A DNA stretch of 63,600 nt, counting the filler, from Conidiobolus incongruus B7586 (Eukaryota), in NCBI GenBank assembly GCA_000697335.1. It is 14 parts of 14 records of this genome, joined end to end, with 100 filler letters (N's around TTAATTAATTAA, not from the genome) between each part and the next. Parts side by side here need not be neighbours in the genome. Positions count along the whole stretch, not along the records: positions 10,941 to 15,657 come from JNEM01000568.1; positions 15,758 to 20,235 come from JNEM01000569.1; positions 20,336 to 24,812 come from JNEM01000570.1; positions 24,913 to 29,315 come from JNEM01000571.1; 10 more parts are not named here. The stretch is one strand, 5' to 3'. The notes under the pieces were generated by a model. It saw nothing but the letters and a program-made list of their open reading frames with translations, was not told the DNA's origin and ran no database searches. Shown in pieces: positions 14,684 to 27,272 of this stretch. The first letter of the stretch is position 1. Every line of letters starts with the position of its first letter. The position numbers and the translations under genes are program-made.

Positions 14684-15657
14684 ATATTACTCTGTATTTT
14701 AAATAATGTGAATTTTTTGCAATTAAAAATAAATAAACAATTTGATATATAATATATAAAAATAAATATATAATATAGATTTAATAGTTTACTTTATTAT
14801 TAGTAACTTTTTGCTATATTTTTAACAGATTTCTATCACTTAAAGAATATTTTTTTTTATTAAAGATTGAAATTTAATATTTTACAAATTAATTAAATTT
14901 TTTTATTAAAGTTTTCTTTCTTATAAGCTGGTTTTTTAATTACTTAAAATAATTATAATTATATAAATTATAATATAAAGAATATACTAGATATAGTAGT
15001 TTTTTCTAGTTATTTTTAATTAGAAAATTTTTTTATAATTTTAAATTTATATATTTTATAATTTTCATGTAAAATAAAAAGTTTTCTTAAATTATATTAA
15101 AAACACTAATTAATAATATTTTTATTTAAAAAAACAATATAAAACTTATTATTAATTGATTTTTCTTAAAGAATTAAACAAAACTATCATATATTATAAT
15201 AATTAACATTCACTTATTAATAAAATATTTATTTTAAAAAATTACAATAAGGATTAATTTAATTTAATTTAATATTTTGATTTGGGTTTTAATAAAAGAT
15301 ATTATATAAAAATGAAAGATTTATTAATTATAATTTTTTGTTCTAAAAGCTTAAGTTTTTAGTAATATTTTAATAAGTTTTGTTTAATAATAGCTACTCT
15401 AGCTTTTTTTAAGATTGAATTAAACTATAAGGTATTTATTTTATATTTCTATTAATTAATATTAATTTGAATATTAATAAATATATAATACTTATATAAC
15501 TAATATTAAAATATTTAGATAACTCTTTAATTAAAATAAAAAGGGATTTTTCTAAATATTTTTTACTCTATTAATAATTAAAAATATAATAATTGAAGTT
15601 GATTTTTTAAATTTTAATAGGTTTTAGATAATTTCTCTCTTAATCTTAAAATAATTT
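14684..15657 (-). mobile_element. Mariner relic, truncated by gap
   Basis: Colinear with 62283-63255, e.g. shared aattttttgcaatt, tttctttctt(a)taagctggttttttaattac and agttatttttaattagaaa. Confidence 0.8.
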
Positions 15658-18600
15658 NNNNNNNNNNNNNNNNNNNNNNNNNNNNNNNNNNNNNNNNNNN
15701 NTTAATTAATTAANNNNNNNNNNNNNNNNNNNNNNNNNNNNNNNNNNNNNNNNNNNNCATGAAATTAATAAAATATATTTTTATAATATATTATAAAAAT
15801 TAAAATGATTAAAATTTATAATATTATTAAAGAATTAGAATATAATATAATAAATAATTTATTAAAAATAAGAAAACAAAAAATATATAATATTTTTGTA
15901 TAAATTTAAATACTTGATTGGATTTTAATTCTATGCAACATTAACTATACAATAATATTTTAATGATTAATAATAAGTATTAGGTGGGAGACTGTTTTGG
16001 TATTATTTAGAAAGGCATTTAATACAAAAAATTATTTAAATAAATATCTATTAAAGTCAATTTCTCGGTAAACTAAATTGATTTATCACTAAACATCAAA
16101 AACCCGAGATTTATATTTTTTGAAAACCCCTTCATCAAATTAATGTGATTGACTTGAATTTCCAATTATAAAAATAAATTCTATATTAAGATGGTAAATT
16201 TCAAAGCTTGAATCTGTGTTATAGGGATTATCATTAATGATTGGCATAAGTTGAACAGCACTCATCGCATTATACTGGGATTACTTTTGACACTTCGCTA
16301 AATAGATGATTTCATAATCATAACAAATATATTGAATTATATTTTCTCTGTTTATTAAATTAAAAATGCTTTTAAATTCGGTAATACTGTTTTAAGTAAT
16401 ATACGTATATGTTATTTCTTATAATTTACCACTTAAAAAATTTATTTTGTTATTATAAAATATTGACAGAGAATATATTCAAAAATTATAATGACTTTTG
16501 ATATATATATATATTTAACATATCGAGATTCATTAGTATAACTATTATGCTTTATATTTTTAAATTATATAATATTTCAATATATATTGTAATAAATTCA
16601 ACATATTGAACAAACTATTTCTAATAATATTTAATATTTCGAAAAACTTTATAAATTGATCTTAGTATTTATATTGAATATTTTTTTTAAAAAAATAATC
16701 TATTCACCAATTTTCTTTTAATTAATATTAATAAATAAATAAATTTAGGAATTTAAGAGATTAAATTAATTAATTTTTTTCTAATTTTTATAGATTTAAA
16801 CTTTTATCATTTTCTAATATTAATTCACTAAAGAATCTATTAATTCAATTATAATTGATTAAAGTTTAAATAGTTTTTAATTTATTCTGTTGACTATATC
16901 CCTACAACCTTAACAATAAAAGTTAGGAATATAAAAACAAATCAAGATTAATATCACTGTATTTAATATATAAAAGGGTTATAAACTTATATAGAATTTT
17001 ATAAATTGAGCATATTTTCCAATTGATATTTGTAATTTAATTTATTTAATTAATATAAATTAAAAATAGCCATAATTTATTAATTATAAAATATTGAGGA
17101 AAATTCGGGTGTTTGAAGATATATTAATAATTGAATTAGTTGAATATCGGAAAAGTTTACGAATTAGTCTTAATATCAAGTGAAAACTTAACAAAGATGC
17201 AATTCCCATAAGGGGAGTTTTAAAGAACTGTTTAAATTTATGAAAAAAGCATTTTCGAAAAACTTGGCTTACAATATGAATGAATTATGTGATGATCATT
17301 TCTCCCCCCTTCCTTTAATTGTCCTTACCTATTTTCATGTCTTCGTTTCAATCCTCCAAGATTGTAAAATTCTAATTGGTCTGTCAAAATCATTTCAATT
17401 TATTAAATTTCTATTCGTTCAACCAATTATTTAAGCCCCTATAATTAATTATTTCGCTAAATTATTGTATGATATTCTATTGTTATTTTATAGTTGCTAT
17501 TTTGACTCCTTTTATCCATGAATATTTAAGGAATCCAATCTTTATTTATTATATTGAATTATATATATAAATATATATATGGTTAATATTTGTATTGGAT
17601 ATATTAATCACTCTTCAACACGTCTAAATTATATATTACTCTTATTATTAAAATTTATTTTATTTAAAATTTTCAATTCTAAAAGATAAAGCTTTTTTTA
17701 TTTATTATTTGGTGTGAAGCTCTATAAGGGTGATAATGTTAAATAGAATTTTGATACAGTATATTTTTATAAACATTGCAAAATCATATGTACATTATTT
17801 CGTTTTACATAGAATATATTGATATTTAATATGAACATAATGATTGAAAAAAAAATATTATGAAAAACTTAAATATATTATTTTATAAAATTATTTATAT
17901 TATTGGATTAACTTTTTAATATTAGAAAGAATTATAACAAAAAATATGATGAATAGTATATTTAAATTGACTAAAATATTTTTATAGAAAACATAAGTTT
18001 AGATTATTAGCAATGTTTCAACAAAGATAATAGGAATCAAAATATTACCTAATTGAGTGATTTGTCCCTCAATGTTCACTCTCAAACATTAACATACTCC
18101 TAGTTTAACTTTATAAAATAATATTTCATAATATTTTATATTATTTTAATAGATATTGTTAAATAATTTTTATTCATTTATATTATTAAATTATTAAATT
18201 AATAAAATTTTTATTAATTTTATAATATTTTATTAATATATTTTTATTAATAAAATTTTAATTAAATTGATAATATTATATTATAGAATTTATATATTTT
18301 ATAAATGAAAATTATATCAACTTTAATTTATAATAAAATTAAATTGTTTATACCATGAAATCAATTATTATATTAATACCTTTTCTGGACAATTGAATGT
18401 ATATTCCCTTGAGTTTTGACAGCCGTAGCTATTATGTAGTTAGATTTCAATTTAATGTAATATATTATTTGATTCATATGTTGTTTATCATCATTTAAAA
18501 ATGTCATTAATAACCGACAGTAATCTCAGAAAGGAAATAAGAATACAATTGATAAAAGTTTTATTTAGTCCAAATTAGCGAAATTAAAATTTGATTTTCT

Positions 18601-20999
18601 TTTTAATTTTATAAAATTAACATTGTTTTATTTTTAAAATTATTGAATTAAAAATATTTAAATTTTTATTTTTAAATTATTTATAAACAACCCTGTTTAA
18701 ATTAGATTTAGTAATATCTCAGTTAATTACTTAATATGTATTTACTATTGTATTAGATATTTTATAAAATTTTGAAAATAAATAAACAGTTTAATTATTA
18801 ACAATCTAATAAATTATAATGGTTAATACTTTAATACTATTTTTAGGTTATAATGCATATCTTTTTTAAATTGTATTATATATATGATCAATAGCCGGCC
18901 AATATGTAGAAAGTATATAGTCTAGATTTCTGAGATATAATAATGCAGAAAGCAATATATTCATCACTATTTGAAGGTCCATGATTATAAATCAATTTGT
19001 TTTGGGAACAAGGAAGGTACCTAATTCTGCATATTCTAATTAAGGGAATATTTCGGCAATTTTGCATACTTTAAAATTGAAATTTGATCAAAATAAATAA
19101 TAAGTTTTATTTCAAAAGCATCATTTTATTGATCCTTTTATATTAAATTTTTATTTACTATTTTACACTTACACTTTATATCAAAAAGGTTTGAATATAT
19201 GGAGAACATCAATTATGTCTTAAATCGAGGTTGACTAAAATGTGACGAAATGAGTGTAAATGAATGATTAGTTGATTGGGTTAAAAAATTAAAAAGTGTA
19301 ATATTAAATATATGAAAAAAATTATATACATATTCCTTCAAAAAAAATCGGGGAGATGCAGGTAATTGAGTTGAAACTAATTCATTAATTACATTATGAA
19401 ATCAAATTGCAATTTAAATTGAGTCCATTTTCACTATCCAAAAGTTCCCGATTTCTATTTCATGGACTGAGTGAATTATTAATTGTTAAACGAGAGTAAG
19501 TACTCTAGTTTGTAATACTATACTTGCTAAAAAGTTAATAGATCAGTTAATATTGAATAATTGGTATCTTGATCCAAATTAACCAATTAAAAAGTCGCAG
19601 GAATATACTCAAAAATATAATTTAAAATAAATGTCGCTCCTAATAAATTATCATTGTTATAATAATTAATACAATTAATTCTGATTTAAAGTTGATATTT
19701 TTCCATGAGGAGTTTGCATGGTTTATATGGTTTTTAAAATTGTTTATAAATTCTCATTTAGTTTTATTTCTCTATCAATTTCACATATTTGTTTTTCAAC
19801 TTAAAATCCCCAAACTATTTCAATAATTTTCTATAAAGGATAATAACTTTATCCAAAATTTTTCCTATCTTTATTTTGATGAAACTTATTTTTTATAATT
19901 TTGACTCATTTGATAATTTATATTCATAATTATATGAAATATAATCAAAATCAATATAATTTAAATTAATATATATTTATTAATATTATAAAATTTCCAA
20001 AAATTATTAAAAATTGGTTAAATTACTTGCTAGCTTTAATAGCTACTTTAATTATTGAATTAAAAGCTATTTCAAGTATAAACTAAGTTTTTGATATGTT
20101 TAAATAAGAATAAATTTTTAATTATTAAATTAAATATTATATTAAAATAAGTTTAAAAAAATGGAAATTTTTTATTTTTAATTTTTTACATATATTGTTA
20201 ATTTTAAAGAATTAATTATATAAATATAATATATANNNNNNNNNNNNNNNNNNNNNNNNNNNNNNNNNNNNNNNNNNNNTTAATTAATTAANNNNNNNNN
20301 NNNNNNNNNNNNNNNNNNNNNNNNNNNNNNNNNNNAAATATTTTTATATAATTTTATAATTCCTATTATATTTTTATAATAATATTATATTTATTTATTT
20401 TAATTAATCTATAAATATATTTTTTAATATATTTATCTATAATTTTAATATACTAAGGTTTAAATTTAAGTGTGATTTTATATTATTCTTAATAACCTTA
20501 ATTATAATTGATTAGCTAATATTAATAATTTTATAAATTTTCTAAATTAGTTTATTTTTATTATCCAATTAATTAATATATAAATAAAATTTTTTAAAAA
20601 GAGATTTAAATATTATAATATAAAATAAAAAAAATATAAATTTATTTTTTAGCAAAATAAATTTTATTAGATAATATTATAAAATTTAATTAAATTGTAA
20701 TATTAATTAAACCTGTCAATATAATAATTTTTATCAACATTATTTCATAATATACAATATTTTTATTATTTTTATATATTATTTATATATAAGAACAGAA
20801 TATTAAATCAAAAAACTTATTAATTTGGAAAAAATCTAAATTATAATTTATAGTTAATTATATAAAATCAAAAATAAAAATACTATGATTTTGAAGTATT
20901 GAAATAATATTTAAGAATTATTATAAATAATTAAATATAATAATACAAATTTTATAATGATTGAAAATAATATTCTGTTTTAAAATAAGATTTGTAAAA

Positions 21000-21390
21000 A
21001 AAGATCATTGTTAGAAATATACTCCAAATATCATTTATTAAATTATTTATTAATCCTCCTCTTTAGCTTATTGGGACTCTATGTCTTAAAGCTTACTGTT
21101 GAGACATTGTAGCAGAATATCCAGAAAAATCTTCTTTCTATATCACCTTTGGGTTTGAATAGTTGATTCAGTGAATGATATAAGGTTTGGTTAAGATCTA
21201 ACAAAGAGAATCCTTTAACTATAGACTGACAAAGCCAGCCTGAATTAGAAATAATATTGGTTTAACTATCAAATCAAGATGGATGGTTAATTTTAAAATA
21301 CAGCAATATATTTATTTTGGTTTAATTATTCATTTAAATATTGTTATTTAATCAGTAAATATATTATAGTTCAAAAAGAAATTTAGATAT
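21000..21390 (-). mobile_element. Dispersed repeat, probable Penelope-like RT fragment (copy 1)
   Basis: Homologous in inverted orientation to 42600-43080 (tttggttaagatcta/acaaaga..atcctttaa..gactgacaaag). Remnants INILLYFK, INYSNPK, FLDILLQ, VSFKT. Confidence 0.5.
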
Positions 21391-21474
21391 TGCTATGAGA
21401 GTTGAGGAGCTAACGGATGAATTTTAAAGTCAAAAACGATGATATAGTTAATAAAATTATGGTAGTGTGGTAGA

Positions 21475-22728
21475 TTAAAATTGAGTTGAATTGAACCCAT
21501 TATAAGCCAAAAGATTGGTAGTTTCGCTATTGAATCCGGTGTTCTCGAGTTTAGTGGCAATGGACTTGAGTTTGTTGAACACTTCACTAGCTGGAGTTCC
21601 AGCACTAAGCATGGTAGCAACAATACCAGTGATGTGGGGAGCAGCTTGGGAGGTTCCTGACATAGTGTAAGTAGAGCTGGTTGTTCCCTTCCAGGTAGAT
21701 TTGATACTAGAACCGGGTGCTAAAAGATCCACGCATTTTCCAGAATTGGAGAAATAGGGTTTAACGTCATTGATATCAGTAGCTCCAACGGTAATGACAT
21801 TTGGGACACGAGATGGAGAAAAGGCACAAGCATCCTTGTTATCATTACCAGCTGAGGCGACAACGACAATTCCTTTGGTAATGGCTTCTTGTACAGCTTT
21901 ATCAATTGCATCACTTGCATCGACACGTAAGCTCATGTTTAAGATATTACCATTTGGACCATTGGCATTGGCAACAGCCCAGTTTACTCCAGCAACGACA
22001 CTAGATGTAGAACCGTATCCTTCATCGTCTAAGACTTTGACAGCGACCACATGGGCAGATTTAGCGACACCATAAGTGACCCCAGCAACGATACCAGCGC
22101 AATGAGAGCCGTGACCTACAAGATCCTTGTCACGTGAGTTCTTTACAGTGGTGATTCCCCAAGAAGCACGACCTCCAAAGTCGGTGTGGTTGGTGTTGAT
22201 ACCAGTATCCAATACATAAATATTAACACCTTCACCTCCGTTCTTGTGATAGTGGAAGATGTATGGAGGATTGGAAACTTTTTCTCTCTGACTGATTCTA
22301 GCCAAGTTCCAAGGAGCGTCAGTTTGGTTAAGATAGTTTTGAACAATAGGCATGATGACAGTTTCATTCTTGGGAACTGTTTGATTTTTAACAGGATAAT
22401 CATCATCAACCTTGATAACTCTGTCAGGTTCAATATTAACTAGATCAGGAACAGTTTTCTTGACCAATTCAATAGTCTCTCTGTCGAGCTTGACAGCAAC
22501 ACCATTAAGCACATTATCGAACTGGTGAATGATCTGATTATCAGTGATATTTTTCTTAGTTTCGACTTGCTTAATAATGTTTTGAATCAATTGAACATTT
22601 TCTTTAAATTTTTCTTTATTAAAAGTGATCAAATATTGATCCTCAATAATTTGACCAGAATGTTTGGGAGCTTTACATTGTTTCCCACTAAGACCTAAAA
22701 TTAAAGAAGCAAACAGTAAAAATTTCAT
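21475..22728 (-). CDS. Secreted subtilisin-like serine protease (S8A, proteinase K-like) with I9 propeptide, 417 aa, intronless
   Basis: Signal peptide and I9-like prodomain; APWNLARIS; catalytic motifs LDTG, HGSHCAG, GTSQAAPH; oxyanion-hole SAGND. Confidence 0.95.
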   Translation of the reverse strand: MKFLLFASLILGLSGKQCKAPKHSGQIIEDQYLITFNKEKFKENVQLIQNIIKQVETKKNITDNQIIHQFDNVLNGVAVKLDRETIELVKKTVPDLVNIEPDRVIKVDDDYPVKNQTVPKNETVIMPIVQNYLNQTDAPWNLARISQREKVSNPPYIFHYHKNGGEGVNIYVLDTGINTNHTDFGGRASWGITTVKNSRDKDLVGHGSHCAGIVAGVTYGVAKSAHVVAVKVLDDEGYGSTSSVVAGVNWAVANANGPNGNILNMSLRVDASDAIDKAVQEAITKGIVVVASAGNDNKDACAFSPSRVPNVITVGATDINDVKPYFSNSGKCVDLLAPGSSIKSTWKGTTSSTYTMSGTSQAAPHITGIVATMLSAGTPASEVFNKLKSIATKLENTGFNSETTNLLAYNGFNSTQF

Positions 22729-25700
22729 GATTGCAAAATATTAAATTTATTATTGGGTTGTGTATTGAATTTATAGAGATCATGATGTGGATGAAATTTT
22801 TCGATTCGAAATTATTTGTATTATTGTCTAATTTTAGTATTAAAACTCCTAATTCAAATCTGGATTTTGTGATCCAAAAAGTGGAACGGAATTGATAAAA
22901 GAATGATGTGAGGTATTGTAATAGGGTGTGAATTTTTTATTTAATAGAGTTGATAATTATATAATATTGTGCATTTAATGAAATCTTTTAGTACTCTTTA
23001 TATTTAATAATATTAAATTGACTATCGAAACAAATCATAAATATTAGTTAATCACTATATACAAAGTTAAGTCTATTAAAATTGATTTCAACATTTTCAT
23101 ATATATATTTTTGATTTTATTCTAGTTATAATCTTAATGGACCCTTCAAGGTATTGGTAGAATTAGTTAATATTACAATCCATTTGTGTTATGTTAAATT
23201 GATAAGTGATTAAAATTTGCATAAAATGTGGGACATCGAATATTTTTTATTTCAAAAGTACCTCCTTTTTTCAATCACTTATTAAAATTTAAAATGCTTA
23301 AGGTTTAGTTTGTTATTTCAAATCATTTACTGTTAATATTTAAAAATATTTATTTTTAGTTTGATTTAATAATTTAGATATAATAATCAGATTATTGTAC
23401 TACAATAACACATTGAAATGTAATCAAAACTTTTATCAATATTAATTCTAAAAATTTTACAAACATTAAAAGGTGAATATGATAAAATTAACATTTTATT
23501 GAAAATATTTACTATTAATAATTTATCAATTCATATTATCACAATTTTCTAATTTGATTACTAGATAATGAAGAATTCCTACAAATAACACTTAAGAATT
23601 AAACTGACCAAATCTTGATAAGGTATTACAACTGGATTAAATTGTTATTTTTATTTAATTGGAATGTGGTTGGATCTGACAATTTCAATAACAGCAATAC
23701 CTGTTATTATCTAATTTTTATTATTTAATGGTGTAAAACAACAATTTATTTTCTAATATTAGATTCTCTTAGATCAAATTATTTTATCCATAATTGATAT
23801 AACAAGATATTTTTAATAAGTGTAACTTGGTACATTACAAAGCTGATATTAAACATTTAATAATTTATTGTTATATATTATTGTTCTCAAATATATTAGA
23901 TAGTTATACAACTTGATGACTGATTTTAATTCAATCATTTTTCTTTATTTTGTGACAAACTACGTGTTTGAATGGATATATTTTAGAAAGTTATATATGA
24001 ATATAATAAAATTATGATCTATTCAAAATAGGTAACCTCTTCATAACTTGAAATTTAAAAATCCATATTTGTTAAAATTATAAATTTTTTTCTACATTAT
24101 ATTTATGTGCTATAAATTATATCAATTATATTGAATATAATAACACAAGGCGTTTCTATAAATAGTCTAAATTAACAAATCTTTACACTGAACTTATATA
24201 TTGCATCGATACATTAACTGATAAAATATCATTTTGAAGTTGAATTAATATTAAAATATTCTTATATATGAATATACTCAATATAATGTGAATATTTAAT
24301 ATATATTTTAGAGAATATGATTATAAATCCTATTTCTTGGAAAAACTTATTTATTAGAAGGTTATTTATAAAATTTATATTGATAGTTATTTAACAAAAT
24401 ATTCTACTATATAGTTTAATAAAACTGCTAACATTTCACAATATGTAAAACTCAAATAATAGGATCAAATTAATTAATGTCAATATGCTGATATATAGTA
24501 GAAAAAAGTAATTATAATTATAAATTAAATAAAAATAAAATATAATAAAATATATAGATTAATGAGCATTATATAATTGATATTTTTTTTGAGATAAAGA
24601 AAATAAATATTAAACTATTTTATTTCAAAATTAAAAAAAAATTTAATTTTAATATTTCTAATATATCCTTATTTTGAAAAATATTATATATAAAATAAAG
24701 AGGAAAATATATAGCTTTGAATAATATAGATATATAGCTTTTTTATTAAAAATTAACTTTTCAAAATATACTTATTAAATTGATTATATTTAAAATTATA
24801 ATTTTCAAAATTNNNNNNNNNNNNNNNNNNNNNNNNNNNNNNNNNNNNNNNNNNNNTTAATTAATTAANNNNNNNNNNNNNNNNNNNNNNNNNNNNNNNN
24901 NNNNNNNNNNNNAAAATAAATTTATTAAATAATTTATATGGTTTTTATATAAAAAAATAAGTTATTTAAAAATTATACAGATATACTATAATTTTATTAA
25001 TAATAGTATATCAAAATTAAAATATTGTATTTTTTTTAAAATAAATATAAGATAGAAAATTTTTAATTAAAGATATTTTATATTAAATAAAATGTTTTTG
25101 TTCAAGTTATATGAAATAATAAATTCAGCAAAGATACTTGAAATCAATTGGTGAATTATAAATCAAATTAATTATTGTTATAATACTATTACAAAATAAA
25201 ATTTTCCATATTATTTGATTATATTTTGATTTGAATTTTATAACTTTACAAATGAGTATGAGTCAAAATTTAAAAAGTCAATTATATAATTGAATTTTTA
25301 ATAATTAAATTTAGAATAAAAAGTTTCAAAAATTCAATAATTAGGTTGCCAAAGCAATAAAAAGAATAAATAACTCATTTATTGACGAATATTAAAATAG
25401 GATGCCAATGTAATGAACACAGAATAATCAATTAAAATTTATTAATTAAAGCAAATGACTTAAAAGAATTATTAGCACAATATTAAAAAATTTTTACAAC
25501 TAAATTTTGTGATATTATTATATTTTTATATCATGATATCAGCTCACTCAATTTAAATTTCAATAATATCTTATATTTCAAACTGTTCTATTTTGTTGTA
25601 TAAACAAATTCCAAGAATATAATTTTTATATTATTGCGAATATATACAAATATATAAAATTTGATTGATTTAATGTTTGAAGAATGATAAACAAAGAATT

Positions 25701-26984
25701 AAGAAAAGTAATTGTATTAATATTTTCTATAAAGAAAGAAACGTTGTTAAAATCTATCTTTCAAAATTATATCACAAAATATCTTGCATTTTGAATTTGT
25801 CCGAAAATATGTTTAGGAAGTAAAAATTAAGGTGTGGCAAAATTTATAATTTTAGATGGAGTTATTCACATGATTATTTAGCGTAATATTTTAACATTAT
25901 TAATATAAATTTATATGAAATACGTCAAAAATGATCAATTTGCATAATGGTTAAGGCTATCATTTTAATATATCTACAGGTGTGCTCGCCAAATTTCCTT
26001 GATTTAAATTATGGAATATTACTATAGATGTTATCAAAACATAATTCTTTACTGTATCAATAATATTTTATTAAATCGTTTGATAAAAGGAACAATAGCA
26101 TTTTAAGTTATAGAAGTAATGATATATAACTGATATTATATATTTAAGATTAACATATGACATAAAAATGGTTCATAAACTTAAAATTGAAATACATTAA
26201 ATTGCTGTTAACTTGTTATTTGAGGTGAGGATAACAATATTAATATCTAATAATTATTTTGCATTTTTGAATCAATTTAAGTTGGCTTTGAAATCAAAAT
26301 AGAATCATTAATCAAAAAAACGGATGATTAAAACTTTGATACAAATTTAGAATAATTGTGATATATTTTTTAAATTTAGTTAGTGAAAATGGAATACTCA
26401 ACTCATTCATCCTTAAATTTGTTTTAATGAAACAGGTTTAGAATTATATATGGGGTAATTTCAGTCATATGAACATTTTGACTATAAATCTGACGAATTT
26501 GGAATCTGAGAATTTAAGGGTTCTGATTGGATTTGAGTCATCTTCATATTAAAGGGAGGTTGAGGGATATAAAGTTAATTAAACCATGATTGATATATAG
26601 ACCATTCACGTGAATAGGGTATGACTAGAACAGGTGATTTATAGGTCAAGCAACTTTTAAATAAACACTGTGAACCAATAGATATGAAAATGATATCAAT
26701 TTTGAAACATAGAATCAGCTGTCAATTAGTCATATGCAAATCAAAGAAATATTTTATGGAATCATATCAGATTACTTAATATATTGAAATTATATTTTAT
26801 TGGTGAGATTGTAAATAAAAGTACAGGAGTATGATAGTGAAATATATTAAATTGAACATATTGGATAATAATACCAATATATATCATTAAATGAATTTGG
26901 ATATATAATAAGAAAACTTTGGAAAGAAATAGCAGAATAAGAATGGGAGTCTCTTGAACTGGGATAGAGACTTAGAGAGTTTGA

Positions 26985-27272
26985 TCAAGATGAAGAGTGT
27001 GTATGGTAATGCTCCATCATTAAATGATGGCGAGGAAAAGCTTGTTTGCATGTAGGATGGTAGCATTGGTATATGGGTTTTTTAAAGTGAATTTTGTAGT
27101 GTCTGTTAAGGTGACCAGTTGACTTGAAAGCTTTAGAACAGCCTGGATGAGGGCATACTTTCATAGGACGAATAGAAGATTTAGGCTTGAAGGAAGGCTC
27201 ACTATCATTTAAGATACTAACTTGAGTTCCGTTGCCAAGGACAAAAGTAAAGGAGGAAGGGACTTTAATCAT
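26985..27272 (-). CDS. Small C2H2 zinc-finger protein (two fingers), 95 aa
   Basis: ATG at 27272 (the ORF track's 27284 start is TTG). Fingers CPHPGCSKAFKSTGHLNRHYKIH and CYHPTCKQAFPRHHLMMEHYHTH. TATATAAATA about 50 nt upstream. Confidence 0.85.
   Translation of the reverse strand: MIKVPSSFTFVLGNGTQVSILNDSEPSFKPKSSIRPMKVCPHPGCSKAFKSTGHLNRHYKIHFKKPIYQCYHPTCKQAFPRHHLMMEHYHTHSSS

Noticed and set aside
17240..17434. 64-aa ORF (+), and similar ORFs at 28367..28603, 57386..57601 and 58236..58451
   Set aside because: No recognisable domain, splice partners or coding-like composition.
21045..21130. Plus-strand INPPL*LI resembling the DIRS adenine-methylase motif
   Set aside because: Not conserved in the second copy at 42600-43080; the opposite strand carries ordered RT motifs.
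21393..22443. Five short ORFs overlapping the subtilisin on both strands
   Set aside because: Alternative-frame or antisense by-products of a GC-richer CDS.
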